Counted from the first letter of the stretch, positions 1 through 15,385 are shown. The stretch is 64,000 bases of DNA from Chrysomallon squamiferum (GCA_012295275.1 CM022672.1:5704001-5768000), one strand, 5' to 3'. Numbers and translations: made by a program. Notes: generated from the sequence alone by a model not told the origin.

Positions 1-346
1 CATGTTACAAATATCTTTAGTTATATTACTCAGTAAATCATGTTACAAGCGTCTTTCGTTATATTATAACAACAACTACTGTATTAATGTTAATAAATTA
101 ATAAATGACATTACTTATATTACAATCACCATTCATTTTATTACTTGTAAATCATGTTAAATATACCATCAGTTGTAAATCATGTTACAAACATCATCAG
201 TCATATTATGTCAATATTTTCATCAGTTCTGTTACTTGTGAATTAACCTATACATCTATCATGTTAAAAACACCATTAAATATATTATTTGTGAACTGTA
301 CATCTATCATGAAATTTTCTTTATATTAGTTGTTAATCGCGTGGAA

Positions 347-381
<35 letters not shown>

Positions 382-1790
382 TACTTGTTGAATTATGTTT
401 CCGACTTCATGTTAAAAACATAGAAGTTATAATGTTATTACATTTATAGCGTTAATACCGTCATTAACTATATTACTTGTTAATCACGTTAGATACATTA
501 TATTATTTGATAATTATATTGCACACCTATTATGATAAAAGTATGATCAATTATGGTATTTGTGAATAACTCTAAAAACCTATCATTTTAAAAACATTAG
601 TTATATTGCTTGTGCATCATATTATATATATATGCATAATGTTCAAAACATCACTAATTGTGCACGACACGTGTTATAAACGCACCATGTTCAAAACGTC
701 ATCAGTTACATTAAATGTGAACCATCTTGTTCAAAATTGTTTTAAAAACCTTTCTCTAATTATGTTAAAAAACCTTAATTCTATTACATGTGAATTATGT
801 TACAGACGTATCATGTTCAAAACGTCATCAGTTACATTATTTGTAAATCACGCTACATGCCTATTATGCTGCTGAAAGACGTCACATGTTGCATTACTTG
901 TGAATCATGTTACTACATACATCATGTTAAAAACGTCATCAATATAATATTAGATGTAAATCATGTTGTATACCTATCATGCTAAAAACGTCATCAATAA
1001 TATTACACGTATTACATCATCAGTTAAAAAAGTCATCACTTACAATATTTGTAAATCACGCTACATATACCTGTTATATTAAAGAAACATTAGCGTTACA
1101 TTACTTGTAAATCATGTTACAGACCTATCATGTTAAAAACGTCACCAGTTACATTATTTTTAAATCACGCTACATACCTATTATGTTAAAAACGTCATCA
1201 ATAATATTACACGTAAAACATGTTACATACATATCATGCTAAACAAGTCATGAGTTACACTACTTGTAAACCGCGTTATATATCTATCGTGGTAAAAACG
1301 TCATTATTTATATTATATTACTTGTAAATCATGTTATATACATATCATGTTAAAAACTTCATCATTTATATTACATTACTTGTAAATCATGTTATATACA
1401 TATCATGTTAAAAACATCATCATTAACATTAGTTGTAAACATTGTTGCATACCCATTATGTTAAAAACGTGCTCGATTTATATTAATAAATATTAAATAC
1501 TTACTATGTTAAAAGCATCTTTAATTTTATACGACTCATGTTATACACATAAAATATTAAAAGCGTCATCAGTTATATTAAATCTGAATCATCTTATATA
1601 CCCACTATTTCAAAAACCTATCACTAATTATATTAGTTGTACAGTTTGTTAAAAACTTCAGTACTTTCGAAAAACGTCATCACCTACATTACTTGTAAAT
1701 CATGTTTCATACGATTGTATGCTTAAAACATCATCAATTTGTGAATTACTTGTGAATCATATCATACACCTATCACGTCAAAAACATCAT
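1..1790. repeat. Degenerate ~50-bp tandem satellite (core CATGTTAAAAACGTCATCAGTTACATTACTTGTAAAT)
   Basis: Recurring catgttaaaaacgtcatc / ttacttgtaaatcatgtta motifs at roughly 50-bp spacing; runs off the window start. Confidence 0.85.
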
Positions 1791-2599
1791 CCCTCAGCTA
1801 AGATGGAATGCTTATGATAAAATATTTTATTGTGATAATTGTGGTGGTAAAGACAACAGTAATGATATCTTTAAATGATTATATAATGTCGGTGATGATG
1901 GTGATATTACACAGATAAAGATCTAAAAAGAAGAAAACGTACGCGTCACTGGGAACAGAATCCTCAGATTCAATTTCTGCGTTTTAAATGCTATGAATAT
2001 GCGACTAGTTTACTTTTATAGGTGTTCATCCGTCCATGCAAACGTACATTGCACATAAAAGGAATACTGTTATTAAACTGAAGAGTTTTGTATACATTCT
2101 ACTTCTGTTAATAAGTGAAGCTTAAAAAGTGCCCTGTAAGCGTTTACTTACTAAAGTACCACGTAGCTTTTTAACTCTCATAAACAGATTACTTTCTTTA
2201 CAAAACTCACCTGATTTAGAACATTATTTTCACTTGACTTGTTTAAGATACGATGACCTATCAGTTTCTTTTTTTATATTATTATTATATTTAAATTGAT
2301 AAAATGAGAATGTGTTGACAGAATATATTCTTACTATCGTTAAGATGTACATATATTCATACCTTCATATCTATCTGCATACACCCATACACATCTACAT
2401 ATACATACACACATAGTTCCTTCGTTCGTATGTATGTATGCATGTATGTATGTATATAGGTACATATATTCGTACAGATATATATATACAATCAGATAAA
2501 ATGCTCCAATATATACTGAAATATATTTCAGTGTGTAAATGATTAGTTTAAAACAAATTAGATTAATAACATATCGTATTTTACAATAGATTAATAAAA

Positions 2600-3690
2600 C
2601 ATATTACAGTGTAGATTATAATAATATGTTTTATTCCAAATTGCGCAAATAATAGTCTTATTTCTAAGTACACAAGTAATACGTTTTATTTCAAAGAACA
2701 AAAATAATACATTATATTTCAAAGAACGCAAATAATACATTATATTCCAAAGTACTATGCTATATTTCAAAATATTCAGATAATACATTTTATTCCAAAT
2801 GGGAAAATAATAAATCGTCTTCCATAATATAAAAATAAAAGGTATTTAAAGTATTTTAAGGAAATAATCTAATTATTTTATCTCCTATTAGAAAGTAAAC
2901 AGTACGACTTTCTTCACAGCAGACATCTAACGTGTCATTTTTGATAGCGTAAACGTAATTTATCGTATTTCACAGTAGATAGATAATACATCAGTTTGAC
3001 AGTAGACAAATACTACATTCTTTTTCACAACACACAAATCATATGTTGTATTTCGTATTCCAATGTAACACATCATATTTCACAACATTAAAAACAAAAC
3101 GTATTTTAAACAATACAAATAATACATTGTATTTGACAGTAGATAAATATAACGTAGTATTTGACTTTACGGAAATAATTCATTTCACAGTACGGAAATA
3201 ACTTAACATATATGGTAGTAGATATTACATAATGTGTTTCTTACATAATAGACAAATAATAAATCATATTTCACACTACACAAACAGTGAAGTCATTTTC
3301 ATGTCGCATTTTACATACTATAATACACTGTATTTCATAGAAGGTGGATATTGTCGTATTTCACTGCAAATAAAACAGGTGTTGTATTTCAGAGGTCACA
3401 AAAATATATGTGGAATTATCACCGACGATAAATCTTATTTCATAGCAGATAAAAAATATATTGTATTTCACAGAAGATAAATAATAAGTAATATTTCACA
3501 GCAGATAAAAGTAAATTGCATTACACAGAAGATAATAATAGATCGTATTTCACAGCAGATAAAAAAATTATTTTATTTTACAAAAGACAATAACAGATGG
3601 TATTTGACAACGGATAAAAATTTATTGTATTTCACATAAGATAAATACTACATCGCATTTCACAGCAGATCAAAACTCTACTGTATTTCA
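2600..3690. repeat. Degenerate ~20/40-bp tandem array (GTATTTCACAGCAGATAAA-like)
   Basis: Recurring tatttcacag(c/t)agat motif, most regular at 3430-3690. Confidence 0.7.
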
Positions 3691-3693
3691 GTG

Positions 3694-3985
3694 AAAACCT
3701 ATGATATTAAAAACATTAATTATATTGCTTGTGCGTCATATTATATACGCATAATGTTCAAAACATCACTAATTGTACACGACACATGTTATAAACGTAT
3801 CATGTTCAAAACGTCATCACTTACATTATTTGTAAATCACACTACATGCCTATTATGCTAAAAACGTCACATGTTGCATTACTTGTGAATCATGTTACAT
3901 ACTATCATGTTAAAACGTCATCAATATAATATTAGATGTGAATCATGTTGCATACCTATCATGCTAAAAACGTCATCAGTTACGT
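3694..3985 (+). repeat. Displaced copy of part of the ~50-bp satellite (matches ~575-1000)
   Basis: Shares diagnostic variants such as ttatattgcttgtgc, catcactaattgt and gtcacatgttgcattacttgtgaatc with 575-1000. Confidence 0.8.
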
Positions 3986-6390
3986 TCTTTTTAAATCGTA
4001 TGTCGTATTTTGTTGTTGAAACAATATATCATATTTTACTGTTGACAATACATCAAATTTCACAACAGATAAATAATACATCTTACAATATATATGAATT
4101 AAACTGATATAAAATGTATATATCGTTTTACATCTCATAAAAATTAATATTTCATTGCATTTACATAAATCACACTTAATTTAACGTTAGATAAATAATA
4201 CATTATTACTGTTGTTACTGTTATTGTTGTTGTTGTTGTTGTTATTGTTATGAAAGTAAAGAAACGACAAATCAGTTATTTTATTACTGTCCAAGCATAT
4301 ATAAATGTACCACTATAGTTTTAAAATTCCCCTTATATATATTAATAATATTGGACATCTTCATACTAAGAAATTTAAATCATTTTCACATCAAACCTGG
4401 GACTCCTACAATATATAAAGCAGACGAGTGTCCTGAACACATCAATTTTTCATATCTTAATGCATTTCACATACCAACTTAATATGAAACTGTGCTGAAG
4501 AATGCATACTCAGCAAATGTGTACCTACGACCATTTTTAACAAGTACAAAGAAAGCAACACCATTACTTCACAATTAATTCGTTTTGTAATTGTAGGCGG
4601 CCATTTTGTCGTCCTTGCGAACTCCTTCCACTCGATGGAAAAACAAATAAAATAAAAATGACTTTGCCGTAGGTGTACCGTTTCCATCTAACATCAACGT
4701 TCAATCAAGGTCGTCAGTAAACTAGACTATTGTCATTACAATGAAAGATCGTGATTTTTTAAATTAAAAATGGCAGATGTTTGATCCAGTGACAATATAT
4801 AGTGAAAAAAAAAAAGAAAAAAAAAAAAAAAAAAGATGAGACGATTATATTATTGTGTTTTGTTGTTGTTTTCTTTTAATAGTTTTGTTTTGTTCATTAC
4901 TTTTCTTTAATTTTCTTTAATTTTATTTTATTATTTTTTTTTGTTTATGTATATGACATTTTAAACTGGTTTTTTTCTTCTATTTTTAAAAATCCTTTTT
5001 TTTTTTTTTTTTTTTTAAAAGATATTTTTGATACTTTTCACGTTCTTGCTATTGTTACTGTCAGTGTTGTTGATACTGCAATTTATATCATTCAAAATAT
5101 GCTGACTGTTATCAGTTTTACGTTACCTGCAGTTTAGATCTAAATTTTGAGGACTGTAGTATCAGAAATAAAACAGAAATATAAACAAGAACAACAAAAC
5201 TATTACAGACGCCGAAACTAGATACTGACAAAACACTTCATTACTCTCGAATTACCCTTTTCATCATCATCGTCAATTTAATTACCACCACCATTCATTA
5301 TATCATCATTATCATCAGTTATCTTTATCATATTATTTTATTATCGTTATAGCAATTATTCTTTCCATTATCAAGTGTTTATTATCATAATTTTCTCACC
5401 AATACTATCATGATCATTATTGCCAGCCGCCATCATCAGAATCACTGTTACCAGTATATTCATATCATCATCATCATCATTAACACTACCATTGTCTTCT
5501 AAATCATCATTATCATCACTATTTCAGAGGTTATTATTACTGGTAGTAACAATGCTAATATGGCTGCCTCAGCTACTACAACTACCACTGCTACGACTAT
5601 TGCTACTACTACTACTACTAATAATAATAACAACGACGGCGACAACGACAACAAAATGTTTAAAATTTTACGTCAACAGATCTTTGGTATCTGGCTGGAC
5701 AGCTCTTACTGATGGCCTTGACATAAAAATCTTAGCATCCGTCAGGCAAAAGCCTGGTGACCAATTTTCCAGTATATTACACCTAGCTGTCACATCCAGT
5801 GATTTACACCATTATTCATACCGAAACGATAACAAGAAACAATAAACTGAACAAATTTATAAATAGATTAGAATCAAAGAGATTTTTGATGTAAGTTAAA
5901 ACTCTCGTTCTGTGTTTTTTTTTTTTTTTCTTCCCCCGACTGCTAATTAATTCTATTCAGTGGCCCAGTGTGAAAACCTACTCCTACACACAATTCATTT
6001 CACTTTCTACTGCCAGTGGATGGAACAAGCTTTCGGATCAGGTAGGTCAAGAACAAACGATTTAGTCGTTAAGAACCGCTTTTTTGGGGGAAATCGTTGA
6101 AGCGAAAACGCCGGCAGTCGGTCGTCTGGTCTCTAATTGTGCACGATTGTCTTTCTCTATCTCTCTACCTGCGGCTCGTCGAAGCAGAACTTTCGTTCTG
6201 AGGGACGTCCATGACAAGATCTTAATCACTGTTAGGTGATCACGCAAGCCAGGCAGTGTACGTTGTAGTAGCATGCAAAATATTTACTTATGTAGTGAAT
6301 TTGTGCAGCTTCTTCTTAAGCGATTTTTAATGTTAAGTGTGCAGTATTCGTCAGAAAGAAACAATGAAAAATGGTCATGAAAATGTTAAA

Positions 6391-6430
<40 letters not shown>

Positions 6431-7190
6431 TTAATAAATCTAGAAAACTAAGTGTATTGTTTGAACGAGCTGTTACATAACCCAGATGTCTCCGAGAGAA
6501 AGACATGTATTGTAGGTGAAATATTTTTACTAAATGATGTTATCTATATTACAAGTTGTCATTAATATATTTGTTCTTTATTTTACTTTTTTCTTAAATA
6601 TTTACTTTTTATTTGTTTTTCCTTTTGTTATTTTTATTTTTTATTTTTTATTTTTTTTATTATTTTCTTCCTTTTTTTTTTCTTTAATATTCAATTTATT
6701 CAGAATTTTTTTTTTTTGGGGGGTAATTTTAAATACTCTATTTAATTTTAAATAATTATTCCTTTTTTTTTTTTTTTTTTTTTTAATAAAAAGTCGTTTC
6801 TTTTTTCTGTTAAATTTTCTTTCACTTAAGATTCTTTTTTTTATTATTTTAATCTGTCTTTCATTCACTTTCTTCATTTTGTTTTAAATCATTTTAATTC
6901 CTTTTTTCTTTCTCTCCTGATTTTTTTTTTGTTTAAATTTCTTTTATCTAACAGAGTATTTTTAAATAATAAATACCAAATTAAATGTATCTGACATTTT
7001 GTTTTATGACTTGAGTAATTTTTTTTTTCATCTGTGACATTTAAAAATAATATATATAGAATATACAAAATGAACACTGTAGAAGATTTTATAATATTTA
7101 TAATTATTATCACTGTTAATTAATTAACTAAAAACATATTGTCTGGTTATTAATATTTTTATTCTTTAAACAGGTGCAGTTAGGGCTGTG

Positions 7191-7227
<37 letters not shown>

Positions 7228-8479
7228 TCTATTTATCTATTTATTTATTTTATTTTATTTTATTTTATTTTATTTTATTTTTTTTTATTTATTTTTATTT
7301 TTAAGTACTTTCCATAACAAAAATATAACTATATATTTTTCATATTTGCTACAGTAATGTGACAATTGTTCTAATGAAACTTAGGTTGTATATATTTTTT
7401 ATTTATTTTTGAGTGGTTTGCAAATTTATAAATTAATTATTCTACTTGCAGGCTGTTTTAGCATTGTTACACATTTGTTTTAAAGAAAATTTTATTTAAT
7501 TTTTCTTGTTATTTATTTATTTTGTTGCATATTTTATGATGTAATGACAAGAGAGAGAGAGAGAAAAAAATCTTCCACAAATTTAACTTCCAGAATGATA
7601 GCAGGGACATAAAATAGTTAGATCCTTGATATTTATTTTTAAATTAAATTTTGTGTTAAATTTCACACTGTGTAATGATAAAAAAATTTAAAATGTTTAT
7701 TTTTTTTTCTTTTATATTAAGTCAAGCTGTGATAAAAAATATCTGACATTAACAAAACACAAATTAATTGCTGATCTGAAATTATTTATTTAATATTATA
7801 ATTTTTTATTTGTTTGTCTATTTAATTTATTTAATTCATCAAAGAAATCGTCTCTTTTCTGGATTCATTTTTGACTTTCTGTTATTAACAATGATTTCCA
7901 GAAATTTTGAAATTTTGAAATTTTGATTTTTTTTTTTAATACCGAGTTCCAGAATAGTTTAAATTTAGTAATACAGAATTCTAGAAAAATTTCATTTTAT
8001 TATTAACATTTTTGTTTCATAAGAGATTGCAATTAACATAGCAATTAAATTTTTAAAAATACCAATAGTTTACAAATAAAAGAGAAAAGTATTTGATCTA
8101 TCAAACAGATTCACAGTTATTACAGTAAATTTACAGATGTAATTGATTATTTATATTTTAATTATTTATTTAATTATATACTTTTGACTGAATTTTGCTG
8201 ATTATTTATTCAGACATTTATTTACTTATTTGACTGCTTGTATATTTAGTTAATTTGTTTGATTTTTTTTTCATTTGTTTGTTTTTACCTGATAGTTTTT
8301 ATTACTTTTGTGTACCTTACAAATAATAAACACACAATCATTAATTTATTTTTATTTTTATTTTAAAGAAAATAATAATAGTATTACTATATTTGTTTAA
8401 AGATTTGTTTCACATGAAAATTCCTCAGAAATTAATTTTTGAAATTCTTTATTTTTCAGAACAAATCTTTATAAAGCTA

Positions 8480-9500
8480 TCATGATCATCAACACCATCA
8501 TGATCATGTCTTTCATGACTGATGGTGTCTGCATCTTCATCATGTCCATCACCTTTGTCATCAAAACCACCACCACTGTCATTGCCATTATCATTTTGCC
8601 ATCATCATCACTATCATTATTATGATACCATCATCACTGTTACAGACATCATCATGGTCATTATCATTTTACAACCATCATCATTGTCATTGTCTTTCTA
8701 CCATCTTCATCATTGCCATTATCATTTTACCATCATCTTCATTGTCAATATCATTATCATTGTTATTAGCATTGTCATTAGCATTTTGCAATCATCATCA
8801 GTCATCATTTTACCATCATCATTAGTGTCATTATCATTAAAAATCATCATTATTATTGCCTTTATACCATCATCATCATTGCCATTATCATTTTACCACC
8901 ATCATCACTGTCATTATCATTAAACTATCAACATCATTGTCATTATCATTTTACCACCATAATCATCGTCATTATCATTAAACTGTCATCATCACTGTCA
9001 TTATAATTTTGCTATCATTATAGTTGCAGTCATTATCTTTGTAACATCATGATTGTAACAATCATTATCATAATCATCATATATCATTATCATCACTGTA
9101 ATCATTATTATATTATGATTATCATTTTAATTATCATTTTGCTGTCCTCTTTATCACAACCATCATCATGGTCATTATCATTATATTATCATCACTGTTG
9201 CCATCATTATAATTATCATTGCAGTTATGCCACAATGATTGTTACCATTACTCTAATACTGTCATTAGAATTATACTGTCATCATTATTATCATTATTAT
9301 CGTTATCATCACATCAGTTATTATTATACCAGGTCATAATACCATTACCTTCATTGTTATTTCATTATACAATCATTGTTGTCAGTATGCCATCATCATC
9401 AATCATCAATATTCTTAAAACAATAAAGATTATTGTCATTATTACCAAACATTATCATTAACATCATTGTTGTTGTTGCTGTTGTTGTTATTATTATTAT
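8480..9500. repeat. Degenerate (ATC/ATT)n low-complexity tract
   Basis: Dense cat/att triplets; explains the His/Ile/Ser-rich spurious ORFs here. Confidence 0.9.
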
Positions 9501-9769
9501 TATTATAAATAGTCTACTACTACCTGTAAATAAGTCTTGCACAAATATTACTTGAGAATAATTTCTGTTACAATATTTGTAAATAAATAACTTTAAAGAT
9601 TTAAGTTAAAATGGACTGTTACAGAAATTCTACATAAATTCTAATAGAATCAGTTTATTTAAATTGTATCCATTATAAATCTTCTTGCTTTAAACATTTT
9701 GTATTCATCCATGTTTAGGTTTTTTTACTAACTAAACTGCATAGGATAAACCAATTCATATTTAGGTAT

Positions 9770-10670
9770 GCAATATAAGATAGAGTTTTAAGTATGCAAA
9801 ATATACCAAATTAGTTACACTTACAAAATATACAACATACATTGAATTTCATAGTTTTAACCATGCAAAATATGCTAAATTAGTTAAAGTAACAAAATAT
9901 ACAACATACATTGAATTTCATAGTTTTAACCATGCAAAATATGCTAAATTAGTTAAAGTAACAAAATATACAACATTGAATTTCATAGTTTTAACCATGC
10001 AAAATATGCTAAATTAGTTAAACTTACAAAATATACAACATACATTGAATTTCATAGTTTTAACTATGCAAAATATGCTAAATTATTTTAACTAACAACA
10101 TATACAACATACACTGAATTTCATAGTTTTAACCATGCAAAATATGCTAAATTAGTTAAACTAACAAAATATACAACATATATTGAATTTCATAGTTTTA
10201 ACTATGCAAAATATTCTGAATTAGTTAAAGTAACAAAATACACAACATACACTGAATTTCATAGTTTTAACTATGCAAAATATGCTAAATTAGTTAAACT
10301 AATAAAATATACAACATACAATGTATTAGATAGTTTTAACTTTGCAAAATATTCTAAATTAGTTAAACTAATAAAATATACAACATACACTGAATTTCAT
10401 AGTTTCAACATTTCAAAATATGCTAAATTAATTAAACTGTTAAAATATACAACATACAATGTATTAGATAGTTTTAACCATGCAAAATATGCCAAATTAT
10501 TTTAACTAATAAAATATGCAACATAATTTGAATTAGATAGTTTTAACTATGCAAAATAGGCTTAATTAGTTAAACTAATAAAATATACAACATACACTGA
10601 ATTTCATGGTTTAACTATGTAAAATAAGCTAAATTACTAAAACTAATAAAATATACAACATACATTGAAT
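9770..10670. repeat. 69-bp tandem minisatellite
   Basis: Unit ATTGAATTTCATAGTTTTAACCATGCAAAATATGCTAAATTAGTTAAAGTAACAAAATATACAACATAC starts at 9841 and 9910 and continues for about 12-13 copies. Confidence 0.95.
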
Positions 10671-11029
10671 ATAAAATTTTATACAAATAGAGTAAATTAA
10701 TTAAACTAATATGTTTTAACTAAATGATATATACTGAATTAGTTAAAATTATTTAGTCAATCCAGAAAATTTTAAAATAAACCATTTTAAAATTTAAGAA
10801 TAAAATATATACTGAATTGACTGAAATACTTTAATTAAACTAATAAAAGATTTAAGTATACAGCACATATTCATTTAGTTAAACCAACAAGTATACAAAA
10901 TACTGAATTAGTGTAACTGCGTTTGTTAAGCCAGTTAAAGATTTAAGTATATGATATATTGAATTAGCTAACCAACTTAGTTAAATCTTTAATTTTAAAT
11001 GGTAGTCATATTCTGAATTAGTTAAATAA

Positions 11030-11760
11030 ATGAATTGGTCTTATTAAAATACTGAATTATTTATATTACTTTTGTTTAAATGAACTGACCTTATGTAAAA
11101 TATTGAATTAGTTAAATTATTTTAGTCAAATGAATTGGTCTTATGTAAAACACTGAATTAGTTATATTACTTTAGTCAAATGAATTGGTCTTATGTAAAA
11201 TAATTAATTATATTATTTTAGTCAAATGAATTGGTCTTATGTAAAATACTGAATTAGTTATACTACTTTAGTCAAATGAATTGGTCTTATGTAAAATAAT
11301 TAATTATATTATTTTAGTCAAATGAATTGGTCTTATGTAAAATACTGAATTAGTTATACTACTTTAGTCAAATGAATTGGTCTTATGTAAAATAATTAAT
11401 TATACTACTTTAGTCAAATGAATTGGTCTTATATAAAATACTGAATTAGTCATATTACTTTTGATTAAATGAATTGGTCTTATGTAAAATATAGAATTAT
11501 TTTATTACTTTAGTCAAATGAATTGGTCTTATATAAAATACTACATCATTTATATTATTTTAGTCAAATGAATTGGTCTTATGTAAAACTTGAATTAGTT
11601 ATATTATTTTAGTCAAATAAATTGGTTTTATACAAAATACTGAATCAGTTAGATTACTTTAGTCATATGAATTGGTCTTATATAAAACATTACATTAGTT
11701 ATGCTATTTTAAAGAAATGAATTTGTCTTATGTATAGTTATATTATTATAGTCAAAAGAA
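11030..11760. repeat. 46/50-bp tandem minisatellite (AGTCAAATGAATTGGTCTTATGTAAAA core)
   Basis: Core starts at 11124, 11174, 11220, 11270, 11316, 11366 and 11412. Confidence 0.95.
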
Positions 11761-12270
11761 TTGTTTTCTGTATAAAACATAAAAATTAACTGAAATTCTT
11801 TATATTTTTAAGTATTTGATTCATTAATCAGTTAAATGGTTTCCTTAGAATCCTTTAAGGTTTATGAATAAAACATATTAAACTGCTTAGAAGATTCAAG
11901 CATAATAACAAAGCAGTCTGACAAACCTGCAAAAAAAGAGTAAATTTTTGACAACATCAAATAATAGAAAATTAATCAGCATATTCTAGAAATCATTAAA
12001 CTAGAATTAATTAACTCTATCTTTACCTGAAAGAAAATCTTTCAGCAATATTATATAGCAAGACAGAGTCCATTTAAAATCTTGTTGAAAAATATTTTAC
12101 ATTTTTGTGGTATCAGTTGGCTCATTTATGATATAGAAATACATTATATATATATATATATATACATACGTACATACATGCATACATATATACATATTTA
12201 CATATATATGTGTGTGTGTGTGTGTGTACATTCTGATCCTTTAATAGCAGAAACAGATGAACAAACAAAT

Positions 12271-12303
<33 letters not shown>

Positions 12304-12659
12304 TATATATTTTTTTTATTGTTTTTATTTATGTAACTGCCAGATCTGACTTAAAGATGAGAACAGTAAATTAAATAAAAAGTTTAAAAGTGCATGTCGT
12401 CTCAAGGGACATATGTTATTGGTGATGCAGTCTAGATTATATTTGTTATGTACTTTAAATGTCAGCATTTCCTTCCTATTTAAAGATAAAATAATAATAA
12501 CTATAATAATGATTAATAATAATATTAACAATAATAGTAATAATAAAATAATAATAAAAAATAATAACATTACTATTTGTAATAATTTAAATTATAATGA
12601 AAATAACAGAAATAATAATGATAACAGGAATGATAGGAGAAAAAAGTAGTAATATACTA

Positions 12660-13400
12660 AAAGTATACTGTGTTTGATATCTTTATAAAGATATATTTTT
12701 ACTGATATCTTTGTAATTATTTATTGTGTTTGATATCATTATAACAGTATATTATGTTTGATATCTTTATAATTTTTGGGGGGATTTTATATGTTCATAA
12801 AGATATATAGCTTGATGTCTTTTTTAAGGTAAATTGTATATGACATATTTATGTATATATATTGTGTTTGATTATCTATAAAAGTATATTTTATCTGAAA
12901 TATTTATAAAGTTAAGTTGTGTTTGATATGTGTATAAAGGTATATTGTGTTTGGTATCTTTATAAAGATGTATTGTTTGATATCTTTTTAAAGGCATATT
13001 GTGTTTGATATGTGTATAAGATATATTGTATTTAACATATTTTATAAAGATATGTTGTTTGATATCTTTATAAAGCTATATTGTAGTTAATATATTTATA
13101 AAAATATTCAGTGTTGATATGTTTGTAAAGATACACTGTTTTTGATATATTTTTTGAAAGTACATTTTATTTAATATGTTTATAAAAGTGTATTATGTTT
13201 GTTATGTTTATAAAAATTTATTTTTTTTGGATATGTTTACTGAGATATAATTGTATTTAACATCTTTATAAAGTCATCCTGTTTTTGATATCTTTATAAA
13301 GGTATATTATATTTAATATGTTTATAAACATATATTTTGTTTGATATGTTTATAAAGAATGTGTTTAATATGCATATAATGATGTGTTTGATATAGTATG
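12660..13400. repeat. Degenerate ~29-30-bp tandem array (TATTGTGTTTGATATCTTTATAAAG-like)
   Basis: Recurring gtttgatat...tttataaa motif. Confidence 0.85.
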
Positions 13401-14400
13401 ACATATATATTACATACATACATACATACATACATACAGACATACATACATATGTACGTACATATGATACTGTCTTTGCCATGCTTTTAAGAGTTTATTT
13501 TGTTTGATACAGCTGTAAAGGTTTATTGTGTTTGACATATTTATGTATGTACATATATATATATATATACTACTGGTGCTGATGTTCTAATGAAGGTATG
13601 TTACACTGATGTCTTGACACATAATCAGACTGTATCCAGTGTTACTGAAACTGGTTTCAGTTTTATCTGACTTATGACTCAAAGTCTTACACACACAAAT
13701 GTCAGTGACAGGAAAAACACCAAGTGTCCCATTGCACAATTTCCCATCCTAACCACTGGCTCACACCCAAGGTTCGCGACAGATCTTGTATTTGATAACA
13801 TCGTTTTTGTTGGGATGTACAACAGATTTGTTCTTGTTGATGATACAGTCTGTGACTTCTTGATGGCTCCCCATTTTGTATTTTATTTATTATGATACTT
13901 TCTAGATCCATAGCAGACTGTTGGGGCTTGAGGTGTAATATTTCTCTGTTATCTGTATCTGTGTATATATCTAACGTTCTGTGTATGTATGCATTTATGT
14001 ATGAATGTATGTATTTAAGTATGTGTGTGTATACGTATCTAGGTGTATGTTTATCTATAAACACATACATAATGCATACATGGCTCTGTGTGTTTGTGTA
14101 TGTTGTTGTTGTAGGTGCTAAAACATCACACTTTTCATATATATCACTTACCTGTGATAAATCATGTGTCTGTAGTTAATTAACAATGAAATACCTGTAA
14201 ACTATATATTACTTGTCAAACGTTTTTATTTATGTGTGCACCATTCATTTTTGCCAGGTAATTTATTGGCCTGTTGTACTGTATCCCCCACCCCCATGAA
14301 GTCTGTCATTATTTTTTCTCTCCCACATTCACTGACGTCTTTCTGAAACACCTGCTCAGATATTATCTTCATTATATATCCACCCACTCATCCTCTCTCT

Positions 14401-14446
<46 letters not shown>

Positions 14447-14751
14447 CACACGCACAGACAGACATACATACATACACACATACATACTTTCAAATTTATT
14501 TTTAAAATATTGACATCAAATTGCTGAGATTTGTTTGATCAGAAGGATGAAATGAAAATTAGAATACACAAAACATCAACAGCCAGGTTTTTTTTTTTTT
14601 TTAAACTGACAATTGTCTGGACAATTCTAACATGACACAAAATTATGCACACTAATATGTTGGATTGTCAAATGAATAACAACCAGATGTTGCTCTTTTT
14701 TTTTTTTTTTTTTTTTTTTTAACTGTTGTTATAAAAAAAAAAAAAAAAATA

Positions 14752-14795
<44 letters not shown>

Positions 14796-14959
14796 TGATG
14801 ATGATGATAACTGTTATTATTATTATTATTATTATTTTGTTGTTATTTGATCTGGTATCAACAAATGAGTTTTAACTGTGATATGAAGACTACTTCTATC
14901 TGAGTGTGACTCCGCTTGCAAAAACAAGTTACACTGTTGATGACAAAAACTGCTGTGAA

Positions 14960-15138
14960 TATTAATATTGTTATTGTTGTTGTTATTATATGTTTCTTCT
15001 TCAACTTATTGTTATCATCATCTATATTGTTATTCTTATTATTATTACTTATTATTATTATTACTTTATTATTATCATTATTTTATTATTATCATTATTA
15101 TTATTTTATTAATATCATTATTATTATTATTATTATTA

Positions 15139-15182
<44 letters not shown>

Positions 15183-15205
15183 CATTATTATTATTATTTT
15201 ATTAA

Positions 15206-15261
<56 letters not shown>

Positions 15262-15321
15262 ATTATTATTATTATCATTATTATTATTTTATTAATATCA
15301 TTATTATTATTATTATTATTA

Positions 15322-15367
<46 letters not shown>

Positions 15368-15385
15368 TTATTATTATTATTATAT
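14960..15385. repeat. (ATT)n microsatellite with internal sub-duplications
   Basis: Long att runs interrupted by a repeated tttattaatat(c/t)att. Confidence 0.95.

Noticed and set aside
5675-5845. Ankyrin-like words (GWTAL, SILHLAV) in ORF 5420-5845
   Set aside because: The spacing does not fit a 33-aa repeat and I found no partner exons.
6210-6245. SECIS-like ATGA...AA...GA pattern
   Set aside because: The required stem does not pair and there is no selenoprotein ORF nearby.
9770-11760. CRISPR-like regular repeats
   Set aside because: These are tandem units without unique spacers, in a eukaryotic context with no cas genes.
13674-14070. Overlapping short ORFs in unique sequence
   Set aside because: No recognisable domain and no convincing splice chain in any frame.
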